64,000 bases of DNA from Steroidobacteraceae bacterium. Lineage in GTDB: Bacteria > Pseudomonadota > Gammaproteobacteria > Steroidobacterales > Steroidobacteraceae. The position numbers were made by a program, and so were the translations under genes. Shown here in pieces: positions 42,228-52,826 of this stretch. The notes below the pieces were generated by a model. That model made no database searches. It had not been told where the DNA came from and worked only from the letters and a program-made list of their open reading frames with translations. Position 1 is the first letter of the stretch, and every line of letters starts with the position of its first letter. The stretch covers positions 8,962 to 72,961 of the forward strand of contig JBILWC010000003.1 of assembly GCA_044370105.1 (NCBI GenBank). The letters run 5' to 3'.

Positions 42228-43643
42228 TTAACAAAAACGGCCCTCCCACACCAGCCGTAAACGCCCTTTTGCAGGGCTCGTCGCACGGAACGCTGTGGCG
42301 ACAAGCAGATCGGCGACGACCACCACCGCTGCGGCACGCGTCTTACCGTCGAACAAGATCGGTAGCGCCTCACGCTCCCAGGGCGGTAGCGTCGCTACCC
42401 GCAGCAGCTCCTTGAGCGCGCGGCGTGGTCCGCCCGCCTCGAGCGCAAGCTTCTCGCCCCCCTCGCGCGCGCCCACCCAGAGCACCGCAGGCAGCGCTTT
42501 CGCACTCAAGGGTCCATGCGGATCCGCCACGAGTCGCAGCACACCTCGCCCCTCGCCGAGCTCGAACCGACGTTCCGACCGCCAACGCCAAGGGCGACGC
42601 TCACGCGGTGCCTTCGATTTAGTCGCCGGCGCACGCATTGCCGGCTCATGCATCGCCGTCGAACGGATCGCATAAAGCCGACCGCGAAACCGCCTCACTT
42701 CACCGCCCGCCCAGCGCACGCTCGGGCTCGCATCATGGCGAGCCGCGGCCAACTCGACTCGGATCCGCTCGAGGTGTACGGCATCGGGCATCGACAGACC
42801 ACGCGTCTGCAACCAATGGCGCAGCACGTTGCGCTGCCGCGCGGCATCGAGCTTGGCGAGCGTTGCCAGCTCCACGAGTCCGCCTTCGACACTCACCCCC
42901 GCGAGGTCTTGCACCGCGAGCGCCTCGAGCAGTGCCCGCGCTTCGCCCAGATGCGAGGCGCTGCGCGAGGCCACGCGCGAGGCCGCAGGCCAACGCTCAC
43001 GCAACACGGGCAGCACACGTCGTCTCAAAAAATTTCGATCGAAGCGCTCATCGACGTTGCTGTCGTCCTCGACCCAGACGAACCCGCGCGCGCGTGCGAA
43101 CGCTTCGAGCTCGGCACGTGACTCGTGAAGCAACGGCCGCACCAGCCGCCCAGATCCGAACGCGATCTCTCGCGGCATCGCGGCAAGACCCGAAACGCCT
43201 GCGCCCCGCATCAACTGCAGCAACAGCGTCTCGAGCTGGTCATCTTCGTGATGGGCCGTGAGTAACCACTCGTTGCAGCGGAGCCCTTTGGCGAGCGCCT
43301 CGTAACGCACCCGCCGCGCCTCGGCCTCGAGCGAGGTTCCGCGCGTTCGCGGCACCGTGACACGCCGCACCGAAAGAGGCACACCCAAGCCTCGGCACAA
43401 CGCCCGGCAATGGGACGCCCAGGCGTCGGCATCGGGGCGCAAGCCATGATGAACATGCACCGCGCGCAGCGGCACACGGCGCCACCGCGATGAACGATGA
43501 AGCTCGGAGAGCGCGACGAGCAAGGCGACCGAATCTGCGCCTCCACTCAGCGCGACGCACCAACCTGAGGGCGCAGTCTCACCCGCGAATGACTCGAGGG
43601 CGCGCGTGAGGCGCTCGAGCAGCGGGTCGCGAGGCGAGCTCAG
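42228..43643 (-). CDS. tilS: tRNA(Ile)-lysidine synthase TilS (probable CTG start)
   Basis: Track ORF 42228..43523 starts at a TTG downstream of the in-frame PP-loop [16 protein letters not shown]. The frame is open up to the stop at 43782-43784 with no ATG/GTG/TTG. CTG at 43643 overlaps the accA TGA and has GAGGGGG 5 nt upstream. Confidence 0.85.
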   Translation of the reverse strand: MSSPRDPLLERLTRALESFAGETAPSGWCVALSGGADSVALLVALSELHRSSRWRRVPLRAVHVHHGLRPDADAWASHCRALCRGLGVPLSVRRVTVPRTRGTSLEAEARRVRYEALAKGLRCNEWLLTAHHEDDQLETLLLQLMRGAGVSGLAAMPREIAFGSGRLVRPLLHESRAELEAFARARGFVWVEDDSNVDERFDRNFLRRRVLPVLRERWPAASRVASRSASHLGEARALLEALAVQDLAGVSVEGGLVELATLAKLDAARQRNVLRHWLQTRGLSMPDAVHLERIRVELAAARHDASPSVRWAGGEVRRFRGRLYAIRSTAMHEPAMRAPATKSKAPRERRPWRWRSERRFELGEGRGVLRLVADPHGPLSAKALPAVLWVGAREGGEKLALEAGGPRRALKELLRVATLPPWEREALPILFDGKTRAAAVVVVADLLVATAFRATSPAKGRLRLVWEGRFC

Positions 43644-44605
43644 CCCGCCCCCTCGGTGAAGGCGCCGAAGCCCGCAAGACGACGCGAACGTTCGGCGAGC
43701 AGCGTCTCGCGCGGTTTTGCCTGCAACTCGCGCAGATGCCGCAGCAGGGCTTCTTTGACCGATGCCGCCGTCGTGGTCGGATCACGATGCGCGCCTCCGA
43801 GCGGCTCGGCGATCACTTCATCGACGAGGCCGAGCGAGCGCAGTCGATCAGCCGTGAGACCCATGGCCTCGGCAGCGGTTTCTTTTTTGTCCGCGCTCTT
43901 CCAAAGAATGGAGGCACAGCCCTCGGGCGAGATCACCGAGTAGGTGCTGAACTGCAGCATGAGCAATCGATCGCACACGCCGATGGCGAGCGCTCCGCCC
44001 GAACCGCCCTCGCCGATGACGAGGCTCACGACCGGCACGCGCAACTTCGCCATCTCGAACAAATTGCGCGCGATCGCTTCGCTCTGCCCGCGCTCTTCGG
44101 ACTCGAGACCGGGGTACGCCCCCGGCGTATCGATGAACGTGATGATCGGCAAGCCGAAGCGATCGGCCATGTGCATGAGTCGCAGCGCCTTGCGATAGCC
44201 CTCGGGCTTCGGCATGCCGTAGTTGCGACGCACGCGCTCTTTGGTATCGCGGCCTTTCTGATGGCCGATGACCATGACCGCTTCACCCTCGAGACGCGCA
44301 AGTCCGCCGATGAGGGCTTGGTCGTCGCCGAACATTCGATCGCCGTGCAACTCCTCGAAGCCCGTGAACGCCTGCGAGAGGTAGTCGAACGTGTAGGGTC
44401 GATGCGGATGACGCGCGAGCTGCGTCACCTGCCACGGACTCAACTTCGAAAAAATGCTGCGCGTGAGTTGATCGCTCTTGGTCCGCAGACGCGCGATCTC
44501 ATCCTGCACGTTGACGCCGGCACCGGCCGTGACGTGGCGCAATTCTTCGATCTTCGCCTCGAGCTCGGCGATCGGTTGTTCGAAATCGAGAAAATTGAGG
44601 GCCAT
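43640..44605 (-). CDS. accA: Acetyl-CoA carboxylase carboxyltransferase subunit alpha
   Basis: 321 aa. [45 protein letters not shown]. Confidence 0.97.
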   Translation of the reverse strand: MALNFLDFEQPIAELEAKIEELRHVTAGAGVNVQDEIARLRTKSDQLTRSIFSKLSPWQVTQLARHPHRPYTFDYLSQAFTGFEELHGDRMFGDDQALIGGLARLEGEAVMVIGHQKGRDTKERVRRNYGMPKPEGYRKALRLMHMADRFGLPIITFIDTPGAYPGLESEERGQSEAIARNLFEMAKLRVPVVSLVIGEGGSGGALAIGVCDRLLMLQFSTYSVISPEGCASILWKSADKKETAAEAMGLTADRLRSLGLVDEVIAEPLGGAHRDPTTTAASVKEALLRHLRELQAKPRETLLAERSRRLAGFGAFTEGAG

Positions 44606-44656
44606 CGGGGCGGAGGTTACGGGGCGGACCCCGCGCTTTCAACCGTCAACGTAACG

Positions 44657-47600
44657 TCAGCCGTACGCGGAGGTCGTGGTGCCGGGCGGCGGACCATACA
44701 CCACGCGTACCCCGTTTGGGCCCACGAGCTGCTCGAGCGCCTCGATGAGCTCGGGGCTCGCCCGCACCTTCCACTCGGGTCCGAGCTCGAGCGCCGCACT
44801 CGCCTGCTCGCCCGCATAACGCACGCCCACGGCGCAGGGGCCCGGACGATGCAAGGACAGCGTCTCGGCGAGCCGCTGCAACATCAAACCTTTATCGGTA
44901 CCGTTCGCGCGCGGCCAGATCAGCACGATGCGGTGCGCCTGTTGCTCACGGGCCCGATCGAGTTCGGTCACTTTGCGCGCGGCGAGGCGCCAAGTGTCGC
45001 CCTGTTCATCGAAACGCAACTGGCCCTCGATGAGCACGAGGGCGTCCTTCACGATGAGCTCGCGATACCGCTGCATCACCTCGTCAAAGAATGTGACCTC
45101 CATGCGCCCCGTTCGATCGTCGAGCACGATGGACGTACGATTCCCACGCTTGCGGATCTCGTGGATGTAGCCCGCGATCGAGGCCGCGCGTCCGCCGAAA
45201 AATCCGCGCTCCGGCGCACCCTGCGACGGCCGGTCGCTCAAGAGATCGGCGATACGACCGCTCACGAATCGAGCGAGATCTTTCTCGTAACGTGTGATCG
45301 GGTGCCCCGTGAGGTAGAGCCCGAGCGTGTCGCGCTCACCGGCAAGACGCATCGACTCGCTCCACTCCGCCTGCGGCGGTACGGCCGAGGCGCTCGCCTC
45401 ACCGTCACTCTCCGACGGCTGCGCGAGCCCGAAGAGATCCACCTGCCCCGCTTCGACGGCGCGCGTCGCTTGCTCGCTCATCTGCATCGCCGCCGGCAAC
45501 CGCGCCATCTGCGTTGCACGATTCACGCCGAGCGAGTCGAGACTGCCCGAACGGATGAGCGCTTCGAAGACGCGGCGGTTCACGCGATTGAGATCGAGCC
45601 TTCGGCAAAGATCTTCGAGACTGCGATACGGCCCCTTGGCCTTGCGCTCCTCGGTGATCGCCTCGACCGCCGACTGACCCACACCTTTGATCGCGCCGAG
45701 TCCGTAGCGCACTTCGCGCGGGCCCGCGACGACGAACGCATACTCCGACGCATTGACGTCTGGCGGCAGCACCGTGATGTCCATACGATCGCACTCGTCC
45801 TTAATGGTCACGACCTTGTCGGTGTGATCCATATCCGCCGAGAGCACCGCCGCCATGAAAGCCTCGGGGTGATGCGCCTTCAGCCACGCCGTCTGGTACG
45901 AGAGCAAGGCATACGCCGCCGAGTGCGACTTGTTGAAGCCGTACCCCGCGAACTTTTCCATCAAATCGAAAATGTGCGCCGCCTGCGACTCGGGCACGCC
46001 GCGCGCCACCGAGCCTTCGACGAAAGTGCTGCGCTGCTTGGCCATCTCCTCGGGTTTTTTCTTGCCCATGGCGCGGCGCAGCAAATCGGCGCCGCCCAAG
46101 CTGTAGCCCGCGAGCACCTGCGCGATCTGCATTACCTGCTCTTGATACAAGATCACGCCGTACGTCGGCTTCAAGATGGGCTCAAGGCTCGGGTGCAGAT
46201 AATCGATGGGCCCTTCGATGCGACCGTGCTTGCGCGCAATGAAGTCATCGACCATGCCCGACTGCAGCGGACCCGGACGGAACAGGGCGACGAGCGCGAC
46301 GATGTCTTCGAAGCGATCGGGCTGCAGGCGCCGCACGAGATCCTTCATGCCGCGCGATTCGAGCTGGAAGACCGCCGTCGTCTCGCAATTTTTGAGCAGC
46401 TGATAAGCCGGCGCATCGTCCATCGGCAACAGCGCGATGTCGATCGGCGGCTCGCCCTTGGCGCGCGCCGCGTTGATGGTGCGTACGGCGTGCTCGATGA
46501 TGGTAAGCGTGCGCAGACCGAGGAAGTCGAACTTCACGAGGCCCGCCGCCTCTACGTCGTCCTTATCGAACTGCGTGACGACGCTGCCACCGCCCTCTTC
46601 GCAATAGAGCGGCGCAAAATCCTCGAGCACCGACGGCGCGATCACCACGCCCCCGGCATGCTTGCCGGCGTTGCGGGTGAGGCCTTCCAAAGATTTGGCC
46701 AGATCGATGAGGTTGCGGACGTCCTCGTCCTGCTTGTAAAGCTTCTTGAGCTCAGGCTCTTTCTCGATCGCCGAGTCGAGCGTGATGTCGAGCTCGAAGG
46801 GGATCAACTTCGCGATGCGATCGACCTGCCCGTAACCGAAGCCGAGCACGCGACCCACATCACGCACCACCGCCTTCGCGGCCATGGTGCCGTAGGTGAT
46901 GATCTGCGAGACACGCTTGCGACCGTATTTCTCGGCGACGTACTCGATCACCCGATCGCGCCCGTCCATGCAGAAATCGACGTCGAAGTCGGGCATCGAC
47001 ACGCGCTCGGGGTTCAAGAAACGCTCGAACAGCAGGTCGTACTGCAGCGGGTCGATGTCCGTGATGCCGAGCGAGTAGGCCACAAGCGACCCTGCGCCCG
47101 AACCACGGCCCGGCCCGACCGGCACGCCATTGCCCTTCGCCCAACGAATGAAATCCGCGACGATCAAAAAATAACCTGCAAATCCCATCTTGCAGATGAC
47201 GTCGAGCTCGCTCTCGAGGCGGGCCTCGTAGGTTTTTCGATCCGCCTGCGGCAGTCTCGTCAGACGATCTTTGAGCCCCCGCGCCGATTCACTGCGCAAA
47301 AAGCCTTCGGTCGTCTGCCCTTTGGGCACCGGATACTCGGGCAGCCGGCTCTCGCCAAGCTGCAGCATGAGACTGCAGCGCCGCGCGATCTGTACCGAGT
47401 TTTCGAGCGCCTCGGGCAGGTCGGCAAAAAGCTCGGTCATCTCCTCGGCGCTGCGCAGGTACTGCTGCGCGCTATAGCGCCGCGGCCGACTCGCATCATC
47501 GAGCTGCGCGCCCTCGTGTATGCACACGCGCGCCTCGTGCGACTCGAAGTCGTCCTGCGACAAGAACCGCACGTCGTTCGTCGCCACGAGCGGCACGCCC

Positions 47601-48172
47601 TCGGCGAGCGCGAGCTCCACGGTGGCCCCGACGAGCGCCTCTTCGCCTTCGCGACCGAGTCGGCTCACCTCGAGGTAATAGCGATCACCGAAAAGCGCCC
47701 GCCAAAACGTCAGATACTTGCGAGCTTCGTCGCCGCGATTCGAGGCAAGCGCGCGACCGACGTCACCCTCGGCGCCACACGAGAGCGCGATGAGTCCTCC
47801 GGTCGTGCGCGCATCCAGCCACGCTCGGTCGATACGTGGAATGCCGCGCTGCTGCCCCTCGAGGAAGGCCCGGCTGACGAGCCGCGTGAGATTGAGATAG
47901 CCCGCTTCGTTCTGACACAACAACGAAATGCGGGTCGGCGCGACGCGCTCGCCAGGCTCGGCGACAAAGAGATCCACGCCGACGATCGGCTTGAGCCCCT
48001 TGGCCATCGCCGCCTTGTAGAACTTCACCATCGCGAACAGGTTGTTCTGATCGGTGACGGCGACCGCGGGCATGCCGAGCTCGGCGACACGCGCAACGAG
48101 ATCGTCGATGCGCACCACGCTGTCGACCAGCGAGTACTCGGTATGCAGGCGGAGGTGGACGAAGGCGCTCAT
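44657..48172 (-). CDS. dnaE: DNA polymerase III subunit alpha
   Basis: 1171 aa. PHP domain [15 protein letters not shown], palm/fingers [11 protein letters not shown]-terminal OB fold. Confidence 0.98.
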   Translation of the reverse strand: MSAFVHLRLHTEYSLVDSVVRIDDLVARVAELGMPAVAVTDQNNLFAMVKFYKAAMAKGLKPIVGVDLFVAEPGERVAPTRISLLCQNEAGYLNLTRLVSRAFLEGQQRGIPRIDRAWLDARTTGGLIALSCGAEGDVGRALASNRGDEARKYLTFWRALFGDRYYLEVSRLGREGEEALVGATVELALAEGVPLVATNDVRFLSQDDFESHEARVCIHEGAQLDDASRPRRYSAQQYLRSAEEMTELFADLPEALENSVQIARRCSLMLQLGESRLPEYPVPKGQTTEGFLRSESARGLKDRLTRLPQADRKTYEARLESELDVICKMGFAGYFLIVADFIRWAKGNGVPVGPGRGSGAGSLVAYSLGITDIDPLQYDLLFERFLNPERVSMPDFDVDFCMDGRDRVIEYVAEKYGRKRVSQIITYGTMAAKAVVRDVGRVLGFGYGQVDRIAKLIPFELDITLDSAIEKEPELKKLYKQDEDVRNLIDLAKSLEGLTRNAGKHAGGVVIAPSVLEDFAPLYCEEGGGSVVTQFDKDDVEAAGLVKFDFLGLRTLTIIEHAVRTINAARAKGEPPIDIALLPMDDAPAYQLLKNCETTAVFQLESRGMKDLVRRLQPDRFEDIVALVALFRPGPLQSGMVDDFIARKHGRIEGPIDYLHPSLEPILKPTYGVILYQEQVMQIAQVLAGYSLGGADLLRRAMGKKKPEEMAKQRSTFVEGSVARGVPESQAAHIFDLMEKFAGYGFNKSHSAAYALLSYQTAWLKAHHPEAFMAAVLSADMDHTDKVVTIKDECDRMDITVLPPDVNASEYAFVVAGPREVRYGLGAIKGVGQSAVEAITEERKAKGPYRSLEDLCRRLDLNRVNRRVFEALIRSGSLDSLGVNRATQMARLPAAMQMSEQATRAVEAGQVDLFGLAQPSESDGEASASAVPPQAEWSESMRLAGERDTLGLYLTGHPITRYEKDLARFVSGRIADLLSDRPSQGAPERGFFGGRAASIAGYIHEIRKRGNRTSIVLDDRTGRMEVTFFDEVMQRYRELIVKDALVLIEGQLRFDEQGDTWRLAARKVTELDRAREQQAHRIVLIWPRANGTDKGLMLQRLAETLSLHRPGPCAVGVRYAGEQASAALELGPEWKVRASPELIEALEQLVGPNGVRVVYGPPPGTTTSAYG

Positions 48173-48777
48173 CGCAACCGTGATCTTACCGGCGCGTAGC
48201 TCCTGCGGTGCACGGGAGAGGGTCCGTGAGCGTCGAGCGCAGCCAGGTGCGCCTTGACCGGATAGCCCTTGTGGATCGCGAAACCATATTCAGGATATCG
48301 CCTATCCAATTGTTCCATAACGTTATCCCGCACCGTCTTGGCCAGGATCGAGGCCGCGCTGATGGCGGCGACCTTGCTGTCGCCCTTCACGATGGCGACC
48401 GCCGTCCGTACCCCGACCAGCCCCTCGATCGAGGGCACCCGATTGCCGTCGACCTCGAGGTGCACCGGGCGTACCGCGAGCGCGATGACCGCGCGACGCA
48501 TGGCGAGCAGCGTCGCCTGCAAAATATTGATCGCGTCGATCTCTTCGGGACTCGCAAGCCCCACACCCCACGCGATCGCGCGCTCCCGAATGATCGGTGC
48601 GAGCGCCTCTCTGGCAGACGGACTCAGCGCCTTGGAATCGGCGAGTCCTGCGATGGGTCGCTCAGGGTCGAGGATGACGGCCGCTGCGACGACAGGGCCC
48701 GCGAGCGGCCCTCGCCCGGCCTCATCGACACCCGCGGTCCACCCTGCGTTCATCGCGCCATGCATGCCGGCGCTCAC
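48169..48777 (-). CDS. rnhB: Ribonuclease HII
   Basis: Track ORF 48169..48909. [27 protein letters not shown]. Start placed at GTG 48777, which overlaps the lpxB stop (GTGA). ATG 48765 is an equally plausible alternative. Confidence 0.92.
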   Translation of the reverse strand: MSAGMHGAMNAGWTAGVDEAGRGPLAGPVVAAAVILDPERPIAGLADSKALSPSAREALAPIIRERAIAWGVGLASPEEIDAINILQATLLAMRRAVIALAVRPVHLEVDGNRVPSIEGLVGVRTAVAIVKGDSKVAAISAASILAKTVRDNVMEQLDRRYPEYGFAIHKGYPVKAHLAALDAHGPSPVHRRSYAPVRSRLR

Positions 48778-49949
48778 TGCGAACGCGTGACGTCGACGAG
48801 TTCGAGCACCGCTTCGGCGGCGAGCGCCGCACCGCCCCGACGCAAATCGCGATGCACGAGCCCGAAGGCCTCGCGCAATTCGCCAAGACGCTGCGGCTGC
48901 TCGAGCCATTGCAGCACCGCCCCACCGAGTACCTCGGGCGTGGCCGCCTCTTGGAAAAACTCGGGGACGATCTCGCGCCCCACGAGCAAGTTCGGCTGCG
49001 AGAAATGTCGCACCTTCACAAGCCCCAAGCCCCGCAATAAAAACGCCGTCAGCGGCGCGAGTTTGTACGCGACCACCATGGGTCGCTGCGAGAGCAAGGT
49101 CTCGAGTGTCGCCGTACCCGAGGCCGTGAGCACGACGTCGGCCGCTGCGAGCGCGAGTCGCGACTGGCCTTCGAGGAGTTTGAGCGACAGGCCCGAGGCA
49201 CTCGCGAGCGCGCCCTCAAAACACGCGCGCGTCGCGGCGCTCGTGAGCGGGACCACGAACTTCACCCCAGGTCGCAGTGCGGCGATCCACTGCGCCGCGC
49301 CGACGAAGGGCGCCGCCAATCGCGACACTTCGCCCATCCGACTGCCCGGCAACAAGGCGATCACCTCGTCATTACTCGACAGCCCGAGCGCGGCACGCGC
49401 ACCCGCGCGATCAGCCTCGAGTGGAAATTGGTCGGCGAGCGGGTGTCCGACGAAGCGCGCCGTCACGCCGTGCTCGGCATAGAACGCCGGCTCGAAGGGC
49501 AAGAGACAAAGAATTCGGTCGCAGGACTCGGCGATGCCACGCACCCGCCCCTGCCGCCATGCCCACACTTGCGGGCTCACGTATTGCACCGTGGGCAAGC
49601 CACCCGCCTTCAGACGCTTGGCGAGCCCGAGGTTGAACTCCGGCGCGTCGATCCCCACGAACACCGCCGGTCGACGCGCGAGCAATTCACGCACGAGCCG
49701 ACGCCGCAAGCCTATGAGACGCGGCAGATGACGCAGGATTTCGGCAAGACCCATGAGCGCGAGTTCATCGCTCGAGGCGAGCGCCTCGCAGCCGGCCTCG
49801 CGCATGCGAGGGCCGGGCACCCCGACGAATCGCGCATGGGGAATCCGCTCGCGAATCGCCGCGATGAGCGCGGCACCGAGATTGTCGCCGGAAGCCTCCC
49901 CGGCGACGAGCGCAATCAAAGGTCCTTCGGTTCGCTCGGCGACGCTCAA
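48774..49949 (-). CDS. lpxB: Lipid-A-disaccharide synthase
   Basis: Track ORF 48774..50357 trimmed to TTG 49949, which overlaps the lpxA TGA (TTGA). This gives (M)[21 protein letters not shown]; compare E. coli MTEQRPLTIALVAGETSGD. Confidence 0.93.
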   Translation of the reverse strand: MSVAERTEGPLIALVAGEASGDNLGAALIAAIRERIPHARFVGVPGPRMREAGCEALASSDELALMGLAEILRHLPRLIGLRRRLVRELLARRPAVFVGIDAPEFNLGLAKRLKAGGLPTVQYVSPQVWAWRQGRVRGIAESCDRILCLLPFEPAFYAEHGVTARFVGHPLADQFPLEADRAGARAALGLSSNDEVIALLPGSRMGEVSRLAAPFVGAAQWIAALRPGVKFVVPLTSAATRACFEGALASASGLSLKLLEGQSRLALAAADVVLTASGTATLETLLSQRPMVVAYKLAPLTAFLLRGLGLVKVRHFSQPNLLVGREIVPEFFQEAATPEVLGGAVLQWLEQPQRLGELREAFGLVHRDLRRGGAALAAEAVLELVDVTRSQ

Positions 49950-50725
49950 CGGATGAGGCTGCGGTTCGACCGCGGGAAGAAATCGACGAACGCCTGCAGC
50001 TCCGGCTGACTCTTGGCCGCCTCGGTGATCTTTTCGATCGCCTGCTCGAGCGGAAGATCGGAGCGATAGAGCGTCTTGTACGCGTTCTTGATGTTGCGCA
50101 CCTGCTCGGCCGTGAACCCGCGTCGGGCGATGCCGGTCGCGTTGATCGAATGCGGCTCGGCGGGGTGCCCTACCGCCATCACGAACGGCGGCACATCGCG
50201 CGTCACCGCCGTATTGTTGGCGATGAACGCGTGCGCACCGATCTTGCAAAACTGATGCACGCCGGTGAACCCCGCAAGGATCACCCAATCGTCGATCTCC
50301 ACATGCCCCGCGAGGGTCGCGAGATTGGCGAACACGCAATGGCTGCCGACGATGCAATCGTGCGCCACATGCGAGGAGGCCATGAAAAGATTGTCGTCAC
50401 CGACCGTCGTGACGCCCTTGTCTTTGGCCGTCCCACGATTCACCGTCACATATTCACGAAAGGTATTGCTGCTCCCGATGACGACTCGCGTCGGTTCTCC
50501 GGCATATTTTTTGTCCTGCGGCGCATCGCCGATCGAAGCGAACTGGAATACACGGTTGTTCGCGCCGAGCACCGTATGCCCCGTGATCACCACATGCGGT
50601 CCGATGATGCAGCCCGGCCCGACCTCGACGTCGGGACCGATGATCGAATACGCACCGATCTCGACGCCGGCACCGATCTTGGCTGTCGGCGCCACGACGG
50701 CGCGCGGATCGATCGTCGCACTCAC
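49946..50725 (-). CDS. lpxA: Acyl-ACP--UDP-N-acetylglucosamine O-acyltransferase
   Basis: 259 aa with left-handed beta-helix hexapeptide repeats. [39 protein letters not shown]-type C-terminal domain. Confidence 0.97.
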   Translation of the reverse strand: MSATIDPRAVVAPTAKIGAGVEIGAYSIIGPDVEVGPGCIIGPHVVITGHTVLGANNRVFQFASIGDAPQDKKYAGEPTRVVIGSSNTFREYVTVNRGTAKDKGVTTVGDDNLFMASSHVAHDCIVGSHCVFANLATLAGHVEIDDWVILAGFTGVHQFCKIGAHAFIANNTAVTRDVPPFVMAVGHPAEPHSINATGIARRGFTAEQVRNIKNAYKTLYRSDLPLEQAIEKITEAAKSQPELQAFVDFFPRSNRSLIR

Positions 50726-51174
50726 GTCGAGCTTCCCGGCGCGACCATGAGTTCACAGGCTGCCGCCTCGACATCCCCCACCATCGCCGTGGTCTCGAAC
50801 TTCCAGATGCCGCGCATCTGCCGCTGCAGCGTGGCGTTGAGGATCAGCTGATCCCCCGGCTCGACGGGGCGACGGAAGCGCGCCTTGTCGATGCCGACAA
50901 AATAAAACTGCGTGTTGTCATCGGGCACGACCTTGGCCGTGCGGAACGCCAAAATGCCCGCCGCCTGCGCAAGCGCCTCGATGATGATGACGCCCGGCAT
51001 CACCGGACGACTCGGAAAGTGCCCTGGAAAGAACGGCTCGTTGTAAGTGACGTTCTTGATCGCACGAATACTTTTGCCTTCGTGGCACTCGAGCACCCGA
51101 TCGACGAGCAAGAACGGATAACGGTGCGGCAATTGTTTGAGGATGCCGTTGATGTCCAGAATGATGTCGCTCAC
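50722..51174 (-). CDS. fabZ: 3-hydroxyacyl-ACP dehydratase FabZ
   Basis: 150 aa. [28 protein letters not shown]. Confidence 0.97.
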   Translation of the reverse strand: MSDIILDINGILKQLPHRYPFLLVDRVLECHEGKSIRAIKNVTYNEPFFPGHFPSRPVMPGVIIIEALAQAAGILAFRTAKVVPDDNTQFYFVGIDKARFRRPVEPGDQLILNATLQRQMRGIWKFETTAMVGDVEAAACELMVAPGSST

Positions 51175-52220
51175 GAACGTCCCTCGTCTGATGATTCTTG
51201 TTGAGTGCCAACCCGTCGCTCGAGCTCGACGACGCGACGATTCAGCCCATCGATGCGTTTCAATCGACCCACGACGCGGCGCCAGTCTGCCGCCGACTCG
51301 ATGGGAATGGAGCCACCGGCATACACACCGGGCTCGCGGATGTCCGCCGTCACGAAACTCGTCGCCATCAGCGTGACGTCGTCACAAATGCTGAGGTGCC
51401 CTGTCACGCCGACGCCTCCGCCGATGCGACAGCGCGCGCCGATGTGCGAACTGCCCGCAAGACCCACGCATCCGGCGAGGGCCGTGTGTGCGCCGATCGT
51501 GCAGTTGTGACCAATCTGCACGAGGTTGTCGATCTTCACGCCATCGCCGATGACGGTATCTTCGAGTGCACCGCGATCGATGGTGGTATTCGCACCCACT
51601 TCGACATCTTCGCCAAGGCGCACCGTGCCCACCTGCGGCACATGGATCCAACGCTCACCCTCGGGCGCATAACCGAAGCCTTCCGAGCCCACCACCGAAC
51701 CCGGATGCAAAATCGAGCGCGCGCCGATGCACACGCCTTCGAGCACCGTCACTCTCGCGACCAGCCGAACGTCATCGCCAAGGGTCACGTCTTCACCGAC
51801 GACGCAGCCCGGCCCGATGTACACACGCGCACCCACTCGGCTGCGCGCACCGACCACGGCCAGCGGCCCGATGTGCGCAGAAGGATCGACGACGGCATCA
51901 GGCGCGACGACTGCGCTCGGATGAGCGCCCGCCGGTCCCGCCAGAGGCGGATGCAGCTCGGTCGCGATGCGCGCAAAACTCGCATGCGGATTGCTCGCGA
52001 GCAGACAATCGAGCGGTGTGGCGTCCTGCATTTTCGGATGCAGCACGATCGCCCCGGCGTTCGCCGAGGCGAGTTGGTCGGTCAGCTTAGGGTTCGAGAA
52101 GAACGCGAGGCCGCGAGGCCCCGCGCCTGCCAGCGTACCCACGTGGTCGATCGGACGATCGGGGTCACCCCGCAGCGTCAGTCCGAAACGAACCGCGAGC
52201 TCGCCGAGGGTGACTGCCAT
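51171..52220 (-). CDS. lpxD: UDP-3-O-acylglucosamine N-acyltransferase
   Basis: Track ORF 51171..52307 trimmed to [13 protein letters not shown] (codon 30). Hexapeptide repeats, [17 protein letters not shown]. Confidence 0.95.
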   Translation of the reverse strand: MAVTLGELAVRFGLTLRGDPDRPIDHVGTLAGAGPRGLAFFSNPKLTDQLASANAGAIVLHPKMQDATPLDCLLASNPHASFARIATELHPPLAGPAGAHPSAVVAPDAVVDPSAHIGPLAVVGARSRVGARVYIGPGCVVGEDVTLGDDVRLVARVTVLEGVCIGARSILHPGSVVGSEGFGYAPEGERWIHVPQVGTVRLGEDVEVGANTTIDRGALEDTVIGDGVKIDNLVQIGHNCTIGAHTALAGCVGLAGSSHIGARCRIGGGVGVTGHLSICDDVTLMATSFVTADIREPGVYAGGSIPIESAADWRRVVGRLKRIDGLNRRVVELERRVGTQQESSDEGRS

Positions 52221-52248
52221 CGCGTCGCCCCGCGCGGCCGCGGCCGAC

Positions 52249-52794
52249 TTAGCGCGTGGCGGGCTTCGCCGGCGCTGCCGCGCTGGTGCGCGACTGCATG
52301 CCTGCAAGCACGCCCGGCGTGATGTCGAGGGCTGGCGTTGCGTAGATCACGCCGTCGGTGACGACGAGATCGAAGTTCTGCGACTTCGAGTACGTGCGCA
52401 CTTCTTCGATGAGCGTGCGCTGCAACTTGCCCATTTCTTCGTTGCGACGCGCATTGAAGTCGTCGTTGACCTCCGACTGACGGCGCGCGAGATCGCGCTC
52501 ACCATCGCGCACGTCTTTTTCGGCGCGGGAGATTTGATCGGGCGTCATGGTCGCGCGGTCCTTGGCGAGCTTGTCGCGCTTGGTCTGCAGCGACGCCGCC
52601 TGAGTCTGCAGCTCACGCTGCTTCGCCGCCGCTTCGGCGCGCAAGGATTCGATGAGGGCCTTGCCCTGCGGGCTCTCGTCCATCAGTCGCCCGAAGTCGA
52701 GCACGCCAATCTTGATTTCGGCCATCGCCGGAGCAGCCATGAGCGCCGCCACTGCCACCATCGCCGGAACCATCGCTTTGAGAGAACTACGCAT
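52249..52794 (-). CDS. skp: Periplasmic chaperone Skp (OmpH)
   Basis: Track ORF 52249..52953 trimmed to MRSSLKAMVPAMVAVAALMAAPAMA (codon 54, signal peptide). Coiled-coil-rich mature part. Position is between bamA and lpxD. Confidence 0.85.
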   Translation of the reverse strand: MRSSLKAMVPAMVAVAALMAAPAMAEIKIGVLDFGRLMDESPQGKALIESLRAEAAAKQRELQTQAASLQTKRDKLAKDRATMTPDQISRAEKDVRDGERDLARRQSEVNDDFNARRNEEMGKLQRTLIEEVRTYSKSQNFDLVVTDGVIYATPALDITPGVLAGMQSRTSAAAPAKPATR

Positions 52795-52826
52795 CGTCGG
52801 ATCAACCTCTGAATGAAACAACCGGA

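Noticed and set aside
44606-44656. Small GC hairpin (GGGG-UCCG-CCCC) between the dnaE stop and the accA start, considered as a terminator.
   Set aside because: There is no U-tract, and only 51 nt separate two co-directional essential genes. Not called.
43736-48199. 1487-aa plus-strand ORF, the longest in the track.
   Set aside because: It is exactly antisense to accA and dnaE, whose minus-strand products carry unambiguous family motifs. Its translation is Arg/Ala/His/Gly-rich with no recognisable domain. Long antisense ORFs are expected in GC-rich DNA because stop codons are AT-rich.
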